Shown: positions 34,172 through 46,717, counted from the stretch's first letter. The stretch: DNA of 64,000 nt from Pachysolen tannophilus NRRL Y-2460 (GCA_001661245.1 KV454012.1:124001-188000), one strand, 5' to 3'. Notes: generated by a model from the sequence alone, not told the origin. Translations and numbers: made by a program.

Positions 34172-34333
34172 TGGGAACATACCTTATTTATTTATTTATT
34201 TATCTATTTATTTATTTATTTATTTATTTGATTTATTTACAGAAAGATTTTGAAACTAGAATAGTAATTACAAGGTTACATTTTAAATGATTAATGTATT
34301 AAAAAACAATTATACTCTAAAATCTCTATAAAC

Positions 34334-36271
34334 TTAAGCTTTTATTGGATAAAACATCCTCAAGAAATAACATTTGATATTATTCTGCAATAAATATTCA
34401 TATTTTAAAATCCTTTTCCTGATTTTTTCATCTTTATCTTCTTCAAATGGAAAAGCTGAAGAATTATCAGTTTCTCTTAAACTTGAATCATTGCTGCCAA
34501 TATCAGGTTTCATCTCCAATTTTTTGGACTCTGCTAACGATTTTTTTTTCCTCTGAATTAATATTTTTTTAATCTTGAATTCTCTTAAAGGTAACAAAAA
34601 TAATCCACCAACAAAATAACCTAACCCAGAAAAAATTTGACAATGCAAATATGGGAAATCCTTATCTGATTGTGTTCTCAATACTAAACCAATGACTTCA
34701 GAAGGTAACAGAAACGCACCAACAGATAATAGTACCAATGAATAAGCAGAAATAAATCTCGAAGGTTCAACTCCATCAGCAGTTAATGGCTGATTCATAA
34801 CACTTGCAATGGGCATGGCAAAACCCATAATCAACGCCAAAGCAATTAACGACAGATAAGTCTTAGCATTAATCCAAAAAGCAAATATTAAAATTACCAT
34901 CAAATTTGTTCCAATAATTGAAAAATTAACCCTACCAAATTTATCTGCTAAAAATCCAATTAATGGCCTACCTAAAATTTGTCCGACATTTAAGAGAGCA
35001 GTAAGATAATTCGCATCATTTGCTGATAAACCTATTTGTTGGGAATAAGAACTCAAACTGAATAAAACTACAGTGTATCCCATATTCAGAATTCCAAAAT
35101 ATAATGAAACCATTAAAGTGTTGAATTCTTTCCAAGCCGACATATCAAAAATTATCTTAAAACTTTTAACCATATTTTCCACATTTAATTTTTGTCTTTT
35201 ATAATTTCTTGGTTTAGCAAAAACAATACATAAGGAACATATCACAAAACTGACTATTGCAAGTAATCTTAATCCTGATTTTTGATTCCCGCTATCTTCA
35301 ATCATTTTGGAAATACTTAGGCTAAAAATTAATCCTCCAAAACCTGCTCCTGTTACACTCAAACCAGTTGCTAAAGACCTTTTCTTAACAAACCAACTTG
35401 ATATTATTGCAGAAGTTGGACAAAATAAAAATGAAAACGAAATAGCAATCATTAAACCTTGTGTCAAATATAATTGCCAAATTTTTGTAGAAAAACTTGC
35501 CAACACATAACCAGCAGTTTGAATAATAACACCAATAATTAATGCTTGCCTGAATCCTAAACATTGAGTGAACCAAAACACAAAAGGTGCAATAATTTGT
35601 GATATTCCAACTACAATACTTCCTATCAATGCGAAATCGATACTTGTTGCATTTGGAAAATAATCCGATTCTAAATAAAACCTTAAGAATACACCATAAC
35701 TCGAGTTAATTCCCCAAGTGCAAAAGGTAAATAGACTAACGCAAAGTACACAAACCCAACCATAGCCTCCATCCGGCAGCACATCTTTTGGTTCAGCGTG
35801 ACGTAATTCAGAGTCTGATTTGGACGTTAAATTGTTGATAACACCATCATCTTCACCATCATCATCTTTTTCAAGTGGATTCACCTGCTGTTCATCTTTA
35901 TAAGCCAGCTCAATATCACTTAATTTCTCTTTATTTTTAAGATGTGCTATATTAAAAGCAATTTGAAGTGAATCGTTAACTGTCAAATATTTACGTAGCG
36001 TATGTATATAAGAATGTGATTTATCTAATTCTTCAACTTTAGTTTGTTCATTATCGTCTCTGATCGCATCGGTCACAATAGACATATGTGATCTTATCCT
36101 AGTAACGGTATTCGCTAATGACGACCTTGTAGGAGCGAGGGAAATATCATTTCCACTGTGACTCTGATACGGATTTTGATCCAATTCACTTTCTTGAGAA
36201 TTGTCATTAGCTAACAGCCGTGGAGCATCCACCGTAATAGATGAAGCTACTGACGAGCAACTCGAATCCAT
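34334..36271 (-). CDS. Monocarboxylate-permease-homolog MFS (Mch2/Esbp6-like)
   Basis: PDGGYGW, TWGINSSYGVFL, WFVKKRSLATG, ADKFGRVN; about 12 TM segments. Confidence 0.88.
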   Translation of the reverse strand: MDSSCSSVASSITVDAPRLLANDNSQESELDQNPYQSHSGNDISLAPTRSSLANTVTRIRSHMSIVTDAIRDDNEQTKVEELDKSHSYIHTLRKYLTVNDSLQIAFNIAHLKNKEKLSDIELAYKDEQQVNPLEKDDDGEDDGVINNLTSKSDSELRHAEPKDVLPDGGYGWVCVLCVSLFTFCTWGINSSYGVFLRFYLESDYFPNATSIDFALIGSIVVGISQIIAPFVFWFTQCLGFRQALIIGVIIQTAGYVLASFSTKIWQLYLTQGLMIAISFSFLFCPTSAIISSWFVKKRSLATGLSVTGAGFGGLIFSLSISKMIEDSGNQKSGLRLLAIVSFVICSLCIVFAKPRNYKRQKLNVENMVKSFKIIFDMSAWKEFNTLMVSLYFGILNMGYTVVLFSLSSYSQQIGLSANDANYLTALLNVGQILGRPLIGFLADKFGRVNFSIIGTNLMVILIFAFWINAKTYLSLIALALIMGFAMPIASVMNQPLTADGVEPSRFISAYSLVLLSVGAFLLPSEVIGLVLRTQSDKDFPYLHCQIFSGLGYFVGGLFLLPLREFKIKKILIQRKKKSLAESKKLEMKPDIGSNDSSLRETDNSSAFPFEEDKDEKIRKRILKYEYLLQNNIKCYFLRMFYPIKA

Positions 36272-36774
36272 AACTCCTATTCAATTGCTATATTAAATTA
36301 AACTTGAAGTAAATACTTCTATCAACTCTTTACCTCATAATTTGGACTCACATTTATGGTTAAAATAATGAATTAGTCACAAGCATCAAGTGATAAAATT
36401 GTTATCGTTTAATGGTAAAAATGCATCAGTAAGAATTCGTGAACTCCAGAAAAATCAAGAGAATTCTCTTTTCAATATGGAAGCGTGTCACTATAAGGAA
36501 AAACTCGTGTGTCGGCCAAGATATACATGTTTCCTCAAATTCACTGCATCACCCTACAATGCAATTTCTGTATCGTACTTCGGAATATTTCAATGCATTG
36601 CATGTAACCTGATCGCCGTACCATTTTAAATTAGATAGCGTTTGGCATAAATCCGTACAAGGTAGTGCATAAACAGACCAAAACAGAAACGGCAGTCTTC
36701 CACCCAATTTCTTACGGTAACAGGTCAGATCTGTTGACTCATCCCGATTTTGTCCTTCACATTTATCTTCTGGA

Positions 36775-39700
36775 TTAATTGACAAAGTACTTTGGATCTT
36801 CCATGCCGCCTCTCCCAATGAAGTCACTGATGACTTTGAATCTGTCGTTTTTCACGTCTTCGTTTAAGGCATTGAGGAATAAGTCGTTTCTTTCACTGAC
36901 TTCTTCCTGGTGTTGTCTTAAAGCGATAATTTCGTCCAATTCGTTAATACACTTTGGACATTTGTACTTGTTAATATTAGAGTGATCCCATGATGATATT
37001 ACACTTTTCGTAGATCCATTTGCAATTGAAATGCTTAATGCATCATCCAATTCTGACTCATTTATGCACCTTAGATGATATGAATGCTTGCATTTAAAAT
37101 GTATTATTGGAAGTTCCAAATTAAGCCCACAACTATAACATTTTGTAGATTGCACAGTTACCGAATCGTTTAATAACGTATTGATATTCAGCTTCAACTT
37201 ACCGTTTTCTTCGGTATAGGACCTAATCAACTTATCATTATTATTCAATTCTCTTTTAGTGATTGCGACGTAATCTAGTAAGAAGTTTTTAACAAGACCT
37301 AATTTGCTTACGCTATTCAAAGATAAAATTTGGATCAATTCCAATGGTGTCAAAACTTTGTATTTTTTGATTTTATTCAAAACATAATCAAATTCTTCTT
37401 TGGTGATCTTGGAATATATTTTTTCCGATGAAGAGTAAAATTTGATTGCTAATCTGTATAATTCATTTTCTCTGTCACCATATTTGTGTAAGATTTTGAT
37501 ACATTTATTTAGATCTTCATCAACTGCAGATGAGCGATATAGATCAATGACACTATTGCTTACCAAAAATTCATCTTCTTCAACGTCGGGGTCGTTCAAA
37601 TCAAATGCGTTTAATTGACAGATTAACAACAACAGATTAATATCAACCAATTCAGAGTCATTATATTTAACTAAATTTCTGGCCTTTTTCGACCATTCCT
37701 GTTTCTTAGCGATATTCTGTTCACTATTGTATAAATTCAAATAAATTTCAAAAAGAGTTATTATTAAATCCTTCTTGTCGCTCGGATCACCTTTAAATTT
37801 ATCATAAGATAACAAGCAAGCTTCTAAAAATATGACAAATTCATTTTGGTTATTTATGAATGAAGAAAAAATTAACCTTGGCTTTGGTGGTAAATAAGTA
37901 AGCTGGTCTTCTTCCTGTTTCTGTTGCTGTTGCTCTTGTTCTTGCTGTTGCTGATCATCACCTGTTGGGCTTGGCGGAACACCTAGGTATGAAAGAAAAG
38001 TTTTATAACTCTGCAAAATGGGGTAACTTTCATCTTCTTTATTATTTGTTTCTTTATTTGTATCATGTATATGCTCTTTCTCGCTAGAGGTGAAAAATAA
38101 GTTTAAATCATCAATTTTTTCTGTCTTGAAATTTCCAGTAAAAATTTCAATCAATAATTTTGTCATTTCTATTGGCAAATGCTTCAATAGTATTTTAACT
38201 AAATTTGAGTTATCATCAAACAATAAAACACTTAATAATTCATTAATTTTCAAAGATTTTAAAAACACAATTGTTTTAGAAAAATTGAAAACATCATTTA
38301 TAAGGATATCAATGACTAAATTTAATTCATTAAAAATTATCAGTAATTTAGTAGCAGTATTGTAAGAGTTTGAATCTCTACACAACTGAATAACTGTATT
38401 TAAATCAAATTGTTCACTATAATCAGCCATTCTATTTTCATGATTATGGTCTTTATTCAAAAATTTATCATCAATGAATTTCTCCAATGTTTCAAAATCT
38501 TTTAATTTTATGTAACAACACATCAATAACGTCAAATGATTTTTATTTGTTAAATTCAAGTTGAACATCTTAATTAAATATCTTATTAAATTATTTAAAT
38601 TTTTATTATCTTTAAATTTATTTATTATTTCACTTGTATTTTGAGAATTTTTATTTAAACAAATTAAGAATTGATCCATTGATTCATCATAATCTTGTTT
38701 CTCATATAAAAATTCTCCATATTTTAAATGAATATCATTAATTATGGATTTATCTAATTTATATTGATCTGCTAATTTTAAAGAAATTGGATATAAATTT
38801 CTTTGATTTATGATTTTTAATTCTTTTGTAATTGGTTTTTCAGTTAATTTATATAACATACCATCATTTGATAATAAAAAAAGTTCATTATTCCATTCAA
38901 AAATTTCTTTTACCGTTGAAGAGATTGATAAATTGAAAATAATTTGTTTATTTTTATAATCAAATATAACTAGTTTTGTTGTTGTTATAGTTAATGAAGA
39001 TACTATTAATAAATAATTTTTATTAAAATTGTAAATCCTCTTTTTAGGTAAATCCAACTGAATAGTATCAATCTTTTGTCTTTCATTATAAAAAATAATA
39101 CAATTTTCTAATCCAATTATTAATTCTTGTTTTAAAAAATTTAAAGCACAACAATTTAATTCACAACCAAAATTTTTTTCCAAGACATTATAAGTTGTCT
39201 TACCATTTGTTGGAATAGTCAAGATTTTATTTAATGTTGTTATAAATAACAAGCCATTATTTTGGAAAAAAACACCTGTTATTGGATCATTATTATTTTC
39301 ATAAATTAATCTTTGTCTTGAACCTCTATCATGAATCAAATCACCTCTAATTAATATAACGTTCCCATTACCAAAACCAAAAGCCAATAAATTAAAATCA
39401 GAAGTCCAGTGGAAAGAAGTTATTGGGTAATTATTATTATCGTTTGTCACTAACACTTGTGAATGGAAAGAATGCTCATCTATATGTTTTTTATCCAGAT
39501 TCTTATTCAATATTCTATCTAAATCCCAAATCTTTAACGAACTTGGTGACCCCAATTTTTCAGCTATAGAAACAATTAAATTCGTTTTCTTGATATGTAA
39601 AAGCTTAATTATACTATATGATAAATCATATGCATCGAATTGAGTTATCAACCTATAACTATTAAAATCAATTATTTTAATAGTAATATTTGAATTTATT

Positions 39701-39837
39701 ATTAAATATTTTGGAGTCGAACATATACTAGATAGCGTCGGATTACTATATAATGAATCGGTAATGGATCCATAATTGGGATCTCTAATGGGCGTTATGT
39801 CAAAAAATTGAAACTGTCTATAAGAAGATAACGACAT
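36775..39837 (-). CDS. PEP5: HOPS/CORVET subunit Vps11
   Basis: MSLSSYRQFQFFD, RGDLIHDRGSRQR, PPKPRLIF, RING CYSC..HFKCKHSYHLRC..CPKC, FIGRG end. Confidence 0.95.
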   Translation of the reverse strand: MSLSSYRQFQFFDITPIRDPNYGSITDSLYSNPTLSSICSTPKYLIINSNITIKIIDFNSYRLITQFDAYDLSYSIIKLLHIKKTNLIVSIAEKLGSPSSLKIWDLDRILNKNLDKKHIDEHSFHSQVLVTNDNNNYPITSFHWTSDFNLLAFGFGNGNVILIRGDLIHDRGSRQRLIYENNNDPITGVFFQNNGLLFITTLNKILTIPTNGKTTYNVLEKNFGCELNCCALNFLKQELIIGLENCIIFYNERQKIDTIQLDLPKKRIYNFNKNYLLIVSSLTITTTKLVIFDYKNKQIIFNLSISSTVKEIFEWNNELFLLSNDGMLYKLTEKPITKELKIINQRNLYPISLKLADQYKLDKSIINDIHLKYGEFLYEKQDYDESMDQFLICLNKNSQNTSEIINKFKDNKNLNNLIRYLIKMFNLNLTNKNHLTLLMCCYIKLKDFETLEKFIDDKFLNKDHNHENRMADYSEQFDLNTVIQLCRDSNSYNTATKLLIIFNELNLVIDILINDVFNFSKTIVFLKSLKINELLSVLLFDDNSNLVKILLKHLPIEMTKLLIEIFTGNFKTEKIDDLNLFFTSSEKEHIHDTNKETNNKEDESYPILQSYKTFLSYLGVPPSPTGDDQQQQEQEQQQQKQEEDQLTYLPPKPRLIFSSFINNQNEFVIFLEACLLSYDKFKGDPSDKKDLIITLFEIYLNLYNSEQNIAKKQEWSKKARNLVKYNDSELVDINLLLLICQLNAFDLNDPDVEEDEFLVSNSVIDLYRSSAVDEDLNKCIKILHKYGDRENELYRLAIKFYSSSEKIYSKITKEEFDYVLNKIKKYKVLTPLELIQILSLNSVSKLGLVKNFLLDYVAITKRELNNNDKLIRSYTEENGKLKLNINTLLNDSVTVQSTKCYSCGLNLELPIIHFKCKHSYHLRCINESELDDALSISIANGSTKSVISSWDHSNINKYKCPKCINELDEIIALRQHQEEVSERNDLFLNALNEDVKNDRFKVISDFIGRGGMEDPKYFVN

Positions 39838-40257
39838 TGTTTTCGTTTTAACCGCCCTTTGTATTAAAATATAATATAATATATTATAATAATAGATATC
39901 TATATTGCTAGCTTAATTAATATATATACAATACATATATATAAAAATATATGTGTAAAAGAAAAAACCCCAAAATCTTCTCCGAGCTGGAGACGAAAAT
40001 AAACAAATCCGGAGAAACCAAACTTCTCCGTCAGGAATATTATATATATTTACATAGATATATATATAGAAATATATATATATATCTGAGTATAGATAGA
40101 TGTATATATTATCATTTCAAAATAATCAGTTGACAGTTAACCGATCCTCACTTTTGTAGGAAATAAACTTGTATAAACTAAAGAAAAAAAAAAAAAGGAA
40201 AAAAGTAAGCGCCCAAAAATACAACAATACATTAACTAGCAAAAACTTAAAATCAAT

Positions 40258-40548
40258 TCATCTACCGATGCTGTCGACAATATCTCCCACATTCTTCTTA
40301 ACGCTATCTTTCAAATCATCAACATTTCTAATCCTCCTCTGTGTAAAGTATCCACTACGCCTCAACGAGGAAACAAGGTAATCATATGACAGTTCTCCTA
40401 AAGCTAAATATCTATTCAATAGATGCCTGATATCCATGGAATTAAACTCATTGGTATTAAAAGTCAATCCACTTGATTTATGAATCGACGCAAGCAATAT
40501 CGATATTAATAATGCATCAAACGAATAATGGAATAATTTACCAAACAT
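40258..40548 (-). CDS. ATG44: Mitofissin Atg44/Mdi1/Mco8 family (DUF1748)
   Basis: GKLFHYSFDALLIS..LA.I....GLT, RYLALGE.SYDY.V......GYF resembles recalled S. cerevisiae YIL156W-B. Confidence 0.75.
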   Translation of the reverse strand: MFGKLFHYSFDALLISILLASIHKSSGLTFNTNEFNSMDIRHLLNRYLALGELSYDYLVSSLRRSGYFTQRRIRNVDDLKDSVKKNVGDIVDSIGR

Positions 40549-41316
40549 TCTTCACTATATACCCTCTTTCATTATATATAACAAATCTATTCTATTTTTT
40601 ATTTCTATTCTATTTTTTCTATTTTCCCCTTCTATCAGCGTGCGATAAATGAACCCATCTTAAGTCCTACTGACACGCGTTCACCTTTTTTGTTTACTAC
40701 CACCAAGATCTGCCAAAATTTGTTTTCTGCCATATTTTTATATATATAAAATATATATAAAAATATATAAAAATAGTGTGTGAGTGACCCGTAAAGTCGA
40801 AATTGGGAAAAATTATTTTCACCAAAAAAAGTCGAAACTTTGGCTAAACTCTCGGATAAGGGAAATTGACGGAAAACGGTTTACAAGAGCACAGAATATA
40901 CATAACTTGGATGATAAAAGATTAGATGTTTAATATTTTTAAAAATAATTATTTATATAATCTGTTGGAATAGTTATTAGACACTTAACCTTTTTTTAAT
41001 TTTTTCTTTATTTTTTTCAGCTCAGCAGGAGAGATTTTTCACCTGTTAATTTTATTTTGTTGTTTTTCTTTTGTTCCGTCACATCATTCCGACCGCTTTT
41101 TTCCGTCTTAGTAACGACCGAAAGATTTTGAAAAATTCCAAATTCGAAATTTTCAAATTCGTATAAAAGGGCCGACAAATTTCCGGAATAAAACTAGATT
41201 TTAACCGTAGGGTTAATTTATCACTTTATACATTACATACAAGTACAGTAAAATAGATTTAAATTTATTGTTGAAGTTAGTTTAGTTAGTTTTCTGATGG
41301 GATTGATGACACGGAT

Positions 41317-42399
41317 ATGAACAATTACGATATTTCAAAGAATTCGGATACTATTGAGAATACGCTTTCGCAGGCCTTGAATCACTATCATCACCAAGGT
41401 GTTCAATTGCTGGGGTCTAGAGGCCCAATGCAAATACCTCAGCAGCACTCTCTGCATAACGTTAATTCTCAAAATCAACAACACACACAGTCTAATCAGC
41501 AAAGAGTGATTCCTCCAACGGCAATTTCTTCACCACAGAATCCACAGGGTGGAACAACGGGAACGGGAACTGGGACGGTAACTACACCTGCTGCTGCTGC
41601 GGCTGCGGCGGCCGCCGTCGCAACAGCAGCCGCAGCCGGTTCTGGTGCTGGTTCCGGTTCTGGTACTGGTACTGGTGGTTCAGGTTCAAGTTCAGGGTCA
41701 GGGCCAGGGTCTGGTTCAAGTTCTGGTTCAGGTGCAGTGCGTACTACTAGTGCTCCTGCAGGAAGTGTTCAATCAAGTTCAACAAACCCTGCAACAAGTT
41801 TACCGTTAAATGCATCTTCAACCACTGCTGTGAATACTCATCATCATAGGGTTAATAAACCGGGACAAAAATTTGGTGCAAAGAAAAAATCATGGGTTTG
41901 GAATTGGTTTGTACAAGATCATACCGATCCAAATGTTGCCATATGTGATCAGTGTGGGAAAGTAATAAGAAGATTACCAAGTGATAAAGGTTCTCCCAAG
42001 AAATTATCTGAACATTTGAGAACTCACAAGATAGATAAAGAGACTGTTAACCCAAGAAGAGACCAAATGATAGGTGGAGGTCCAACAAATACAGGTACAA
42101 GTAATTCTTTGAAAACGGTTAATCCAGGAGGTTTGGGTCATCTACCTCAACATTTATTAAACGAATTTGACGTGTCACCATATTCCCAAATCAAATTTCA
42201 TAAAGATATAATGAAATTTTTAACAGATAATAAATTACCAATTAGCGTGGTGAAATCTTCATCATTTAGACAAATGGTTTTCACTTTAAGACCAGAATCC
42301 GTTGAAGATTTAAACGAATTGAATAATATCTATGCTTCCTTGATGGAAGTATTGAAAAATAATGAAAATAAGGATGACGCTAATAACAGCTGGTTATAA
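41317..42399 (+). CDS. BED zinc-finger DNA-binding protein
   Basis: KKKSWVWNWF...AICDQCGK...LSEHLRTH after Q/A/GS-rich tracts. Confidence 0.85.
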   Translation: MNNYDISKNSDTIENTLSQALNHYHHQGVQLLGSRGPMQIPQQHSLHNVNSQNQQHTQSNQQRVIPPTAISSPQNPQGGTTGTGTGTVTTPAAAAAAAAAVATAAAAGSGAGSGSGTGTGGSGSSSGSGPGSGSSSGSGAVRTTSAPAGSVQSSSTNPATSLPLNASSTTAVNTHHHRVNKPGQKFGAKKKSWVWNWFVQDHTDPNVAICDQCGKVIRRLPSDKGSPKKLSEHLRTHKIDKETVNPRRDQMIGGGPTNTGTSNSLKTVNPGGLGHLPQHLLNEFDVSPYSQIKFHKDIMKFLTDNKLPISVVKSSSFRQMVFTLRPESVEDLNELNNIYASLMEVLKNNENKDDANNSWL

Positions 42400-42774
42400 T
42401 ATATTTAAGGAGTTACTTTTTTTTTTCTTTTTCCTGTTTTTCTTTTACCAAGTAATATATATGTTATTTTAAAATTATCAATAATAAATAGAGGTAAACC
42501 TTAAAGTTATATATATAACTTTTGACATAGTTGAATCAAGATCATAGCTAAAAGAAAATTAAGTTTAGTTACCTTCATCCCTATTCTATCGTTCTAAAGC
42601 AATCGGTCCCTTTCCGGTACACAAAATTTAAACATTATTTTTCAGTCTTTAATTTTTTCCTTTTTTTTTTTTTTTTATATATCTTATTTTATATTTTACT
42701 CCTATCATTCTTTAAATCAGGTTATTCAAATTTTATTTAATTAAACATACACAAAACATATACAGATAGATGGA

Positions 42775-45700
42775 TTAACTATAAGAAATAGGAATATTAG
42801 TCTTTTGTCTCTTAGCCAGTGAATCTGTGTTTGATTTTGCAGATAAATCATCATCATTATTGCTACTATTGCTAAATGAACGATAGGTTAAACTTGTAGC
42901 TGCAATAGGGGGAGCAACGACGCTATTGCCATTGCTATTGCTATTGGTTTTCTCATTTCCAACAGAACTAGATATTGGTGGTAAATGGTAACCTCTAGTA
43001 GTGGTTGATAAATTTGATAGTGAATGGTGATCTCCATTTGTTGCAAATTTATTATCGCTTCTGCCTGTATTATAACCATTTTCATGATCATTATGATTGC
43101 TACTACTATTATTAATATTATTATCGTTATTATTTCTATATTTGAAACTTGAACTATCAATCAAATTCGAAGAAATATTTTTGGAAGCTGATCCATTGGG
43201 CAAAATTGGCGGTAAAATTATTTTCTGCTGGCTGTTTGAGTTTTCGTTAAATTGGTTACGATTTTTGATAGTCAATGATTCATTATGTTTCAGTTGCAAT
43301 TGACTTAAGGAACTATTATGATCATGAGGCGCTCCATAAGCACGATCAAAAATTAATTTCGGTGGGATTTGATGTTCTCTAGTGTTTATAATATTGTTAT
43401 TGTAGAGACCAGAATACTGATGATGATTGTTTATGTAATTAGCATTTTGATTGTTATCATATACCATTCCAGATGGTTTTGTTTGAGCAGAAATAGGAGA
43501 CGAGGCACCACAATTGTCTTTTGCTAAACGAGGTTTTTCATCTATACATGAACTGCTGCGCTGACGTGCAACGGGATGATCCAATACAGGTGAAGATAAT
43601 GATGTCTCAGTTCCAGTCGGTATAAATGAATGAGTAAAAGTTTCAGGATCTCTTAGATCTAAAGTTTCGTAAATTTGTTGCATTGCTTTCTTAAGGCCTT
43701 TGACAAAGTTTTTAAAAGAATCCAAATTCTCGTTTTTTTCTTCAATTAATAAATTGATATTACTAACAGCAGGATCTGCAACAAAAATATTTAACCAATT
43801 AATTAAAGCGATTTCAAAATTTTTTAGATAATGATAATATTTCAAGTCTTGACTTAAAATCTTAGATAATGGAGGATATTCAATTGGTGTTTTAAAATCC
43901 AGATCAATTTGCAAATCAGTAGTAATATTTTTAGATCTAATTTTTTCACTGTTTGAAATAAATTCAGCAACGTTAATACTGTTACTTCTCCTTTGAAATT
44001 TAGTGTTACGATCAACATTATTATCCAGATTGTGCTTACGTTGTTCAATAAGTTCAGATGCAACATTGATCCCAGCTTCATCAAGAAAATATAAGATAAC
44101 ACCTAATATAGGATTTTCTAAAAAACTTTCCAAACTTAATATTAAACTGTCACTACTATTATAGCTTCCACTTGTCTTGAATGAATCATTGCTCAAATTG
44201 AATAACCGATATCTATAATTAACCAATATTCTAATAATTGTCAAGAAATTTTCAATTAAAAATCCAATTATTAATTTTTTACTTGAAGGTAAACTTAAAA
44301 AATTTTTACAATCAACCAAAGTATTGTTTAAATTAACAAATGATAGAGCAAGTGTAGGCAACATAGTGACACCAATATTATTATTAATGATGAATGTACT
44401 AGGGAATGGTTGTTCAATAAAATTTGTAATGTTTTTCGTAATATCATCAACGGACAATATTTTAGTATCATCATTTCTCAAGTTGATATAATCCTGTAAT
44501 ATGAAAGGTCTTCTCAGTATACGTTCACCTTTGTTATTAAATTCATCTCTGGCTTGATAATTAAATTCTTTTAAAGTTAAACTTAACATTATCCAATTGA
44601 ATTGATCTTTTGGTAAGAAAAGATAATTTGAAATTAAATCCACAAATTTCAAAGGACAATTTATCATAATTTTTCTTTTAACCAATATTAACATATTTAA
44701 AAATTGAATATATGGCAAATTATTGATTAATTTATTACTGACAGTCCAACTTCCTTGATGATCATTTTTAGAAAAAACAGTTAAATTTTGAACACCATCA
44801 TTCAATAGACCAATAGTTTGACTAATATTAAATTGATTATTTTGTTGTTGATTTGCAGAATCATTATTTTCAAAACTAAAAGATTTATTTGCCAAAATTA
44901 TTGAATTATGCAAAAAATTTCTATTACCAGAGAAAAAAGATGTAGTTACCACAGGATAAGAAGTTGATAATTTATCAAAATGTGTAACATTACAATCTTT
45001 ATCAAGCATTATTCTAAACTCATTGAGTAAACTATTAATAATTATTCGATCAATTAAACCCAATTTTTTAAATAATTTTGAACCACTTGGTTCACCGTTA
45101 ATGTCTTTATTATATTTGTATAAATTGGCACTAACGGTTAAATTTTTTAAAACATCTGCTAATGAATAACTATGAACTTGACCATCTTCAATTGGTAATA
45201 TTTTATTCAATAAGAATGAATGTAAAATACTAACTGGCAGTTTATGTACATATGAATATTGTGAAATTATTATAAAAGCATGCCAATAATTAAGTCTAAC
45301 TGGGAAAATTCTTTCAGATAATTGATAAATTGTTAAAGGTACACCATTATTTAAAACTTTCCCCTCATTTAATATCTGTGTGATTATAACATTATTTAAA
45401 TAAGCAAATAAAGTATCTATATCCACAGCGATATTTTCTTTTAAAAAAATTTGATCAAAATAATTATCAAAATAATCGAAATAAACATAACAAAGCATTA
45501 TAACATTTTCCACAAATTCATCTATATTTTCACTATTATAATCTATTGAATCACTGTTTATCTTATCCATTATTATAGACCAACTTTTATTGAACAACTT
45601 TATTGCATCTGTTATACAATTATTTTCATTTGCTCCAACGCATAATATTATATAAAGTAATTCATTACGTTCTGTCAAATTAATAATTCTATCAAATTTA

Positions 45701-46631
45701 AATAATGGTAAAATATTATGACATCTTGTTGCATAAATTAAAAAATAATTACAAAGTGGATTTGTAATTTGATATGGATAAGTCAAATAATTAAATTTTT
45801 TACACAATGTTAATACTGAAATAATATTTTTTTCTGTCAAGATATTTTGTGGAATATTACTTGTTGATGGTTGTTTTATTGCCTTCAAGATATCGGAGTT
45901 GTCTATGGTATATCCAGTAGCCGCCAATGCCAACGCAGAAGAAGAAGATGAAGAAGATGCTGAAGACAGGGAATATGTTTGGTGGTGTGAGTTCTGTGAG
46001 TTCTGCTGGTGTTGCAGTGACAGTGCACCTGGCGGCGCTCCTGATTGTGCACTCGATTGCGCTCCTGATTGCGCTCCTGTCAGTCCTGGCACTCCTGGCA
46101 CTCCCATTGACCCCAGCGATCCAATCCTAGCAGAAGGAGAATTCACTCCATCATTAATCAATGTTGTAACTGAAAAAACTTTCCCAGTTCCATTTGAATT
46201 CAGATTCATACCACCACCATTCATTTTAGCATCAAGTACTGTTGAATGAATAAACCCCTGATCATTCAAATGACCATTCATTCCACCGCTACCACTACCA
46301 CTACCACTACCATTACCATTACCGCCGTTATGACTATTACTTTTAAGTGTAACGCCATGTACTGTACGACAATGTCTTTGTAAAAGGTCTCTTCTTGCAA
46401 AAGCGCTTGAGCAAATCTTACAATCAAAAGGTTTTTCTAAATAAATAAAAAAAAAAATAAAAATAAAAAAAGTTAGTATTCGATAAAAAATAATTTTTTT
46501 AATCCCATCAAGAAATAATAACTTCATCACTTACCCTTGGTATGAATCTTTTCGTGACGTAACCTGTGCTCATGTCTTGAAAAACAACGAGCACAAAAAG
46601 AACAAATATGTTTCTTTGGAGTTGGACCCAT
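42775..46631 (-). CDS. Two-finger C2H2 transcription factor (Adr1 family, YGR067C-like); exons 46631-46535 and 46436-42775
   Basis: Exon 1 MGPTPKKHICSFCARCFSRHEHRLRHEKIHTK, GTAAGT (46534), TACTAAC (46478-46472), TAG (46437), then EKPFDCKICSSAFARRDLLQRHCRTVH. Confidence 0.9.
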
Positions 46632-46684
46632 AATAAAAGAAAAATACCCCAAAAAATAAAATGAAAAAAAAACAAAACCAAAGA

Positions 46685-46717
<33 letters not shown>

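Noticed and set aside
45899..46249. Cys-rich antisense ORF (CAPDC repeats), metallothionein-like
   Set aside because: Antisense shadow of the GAQS repeats in the C2H2 factor; no ATG start.
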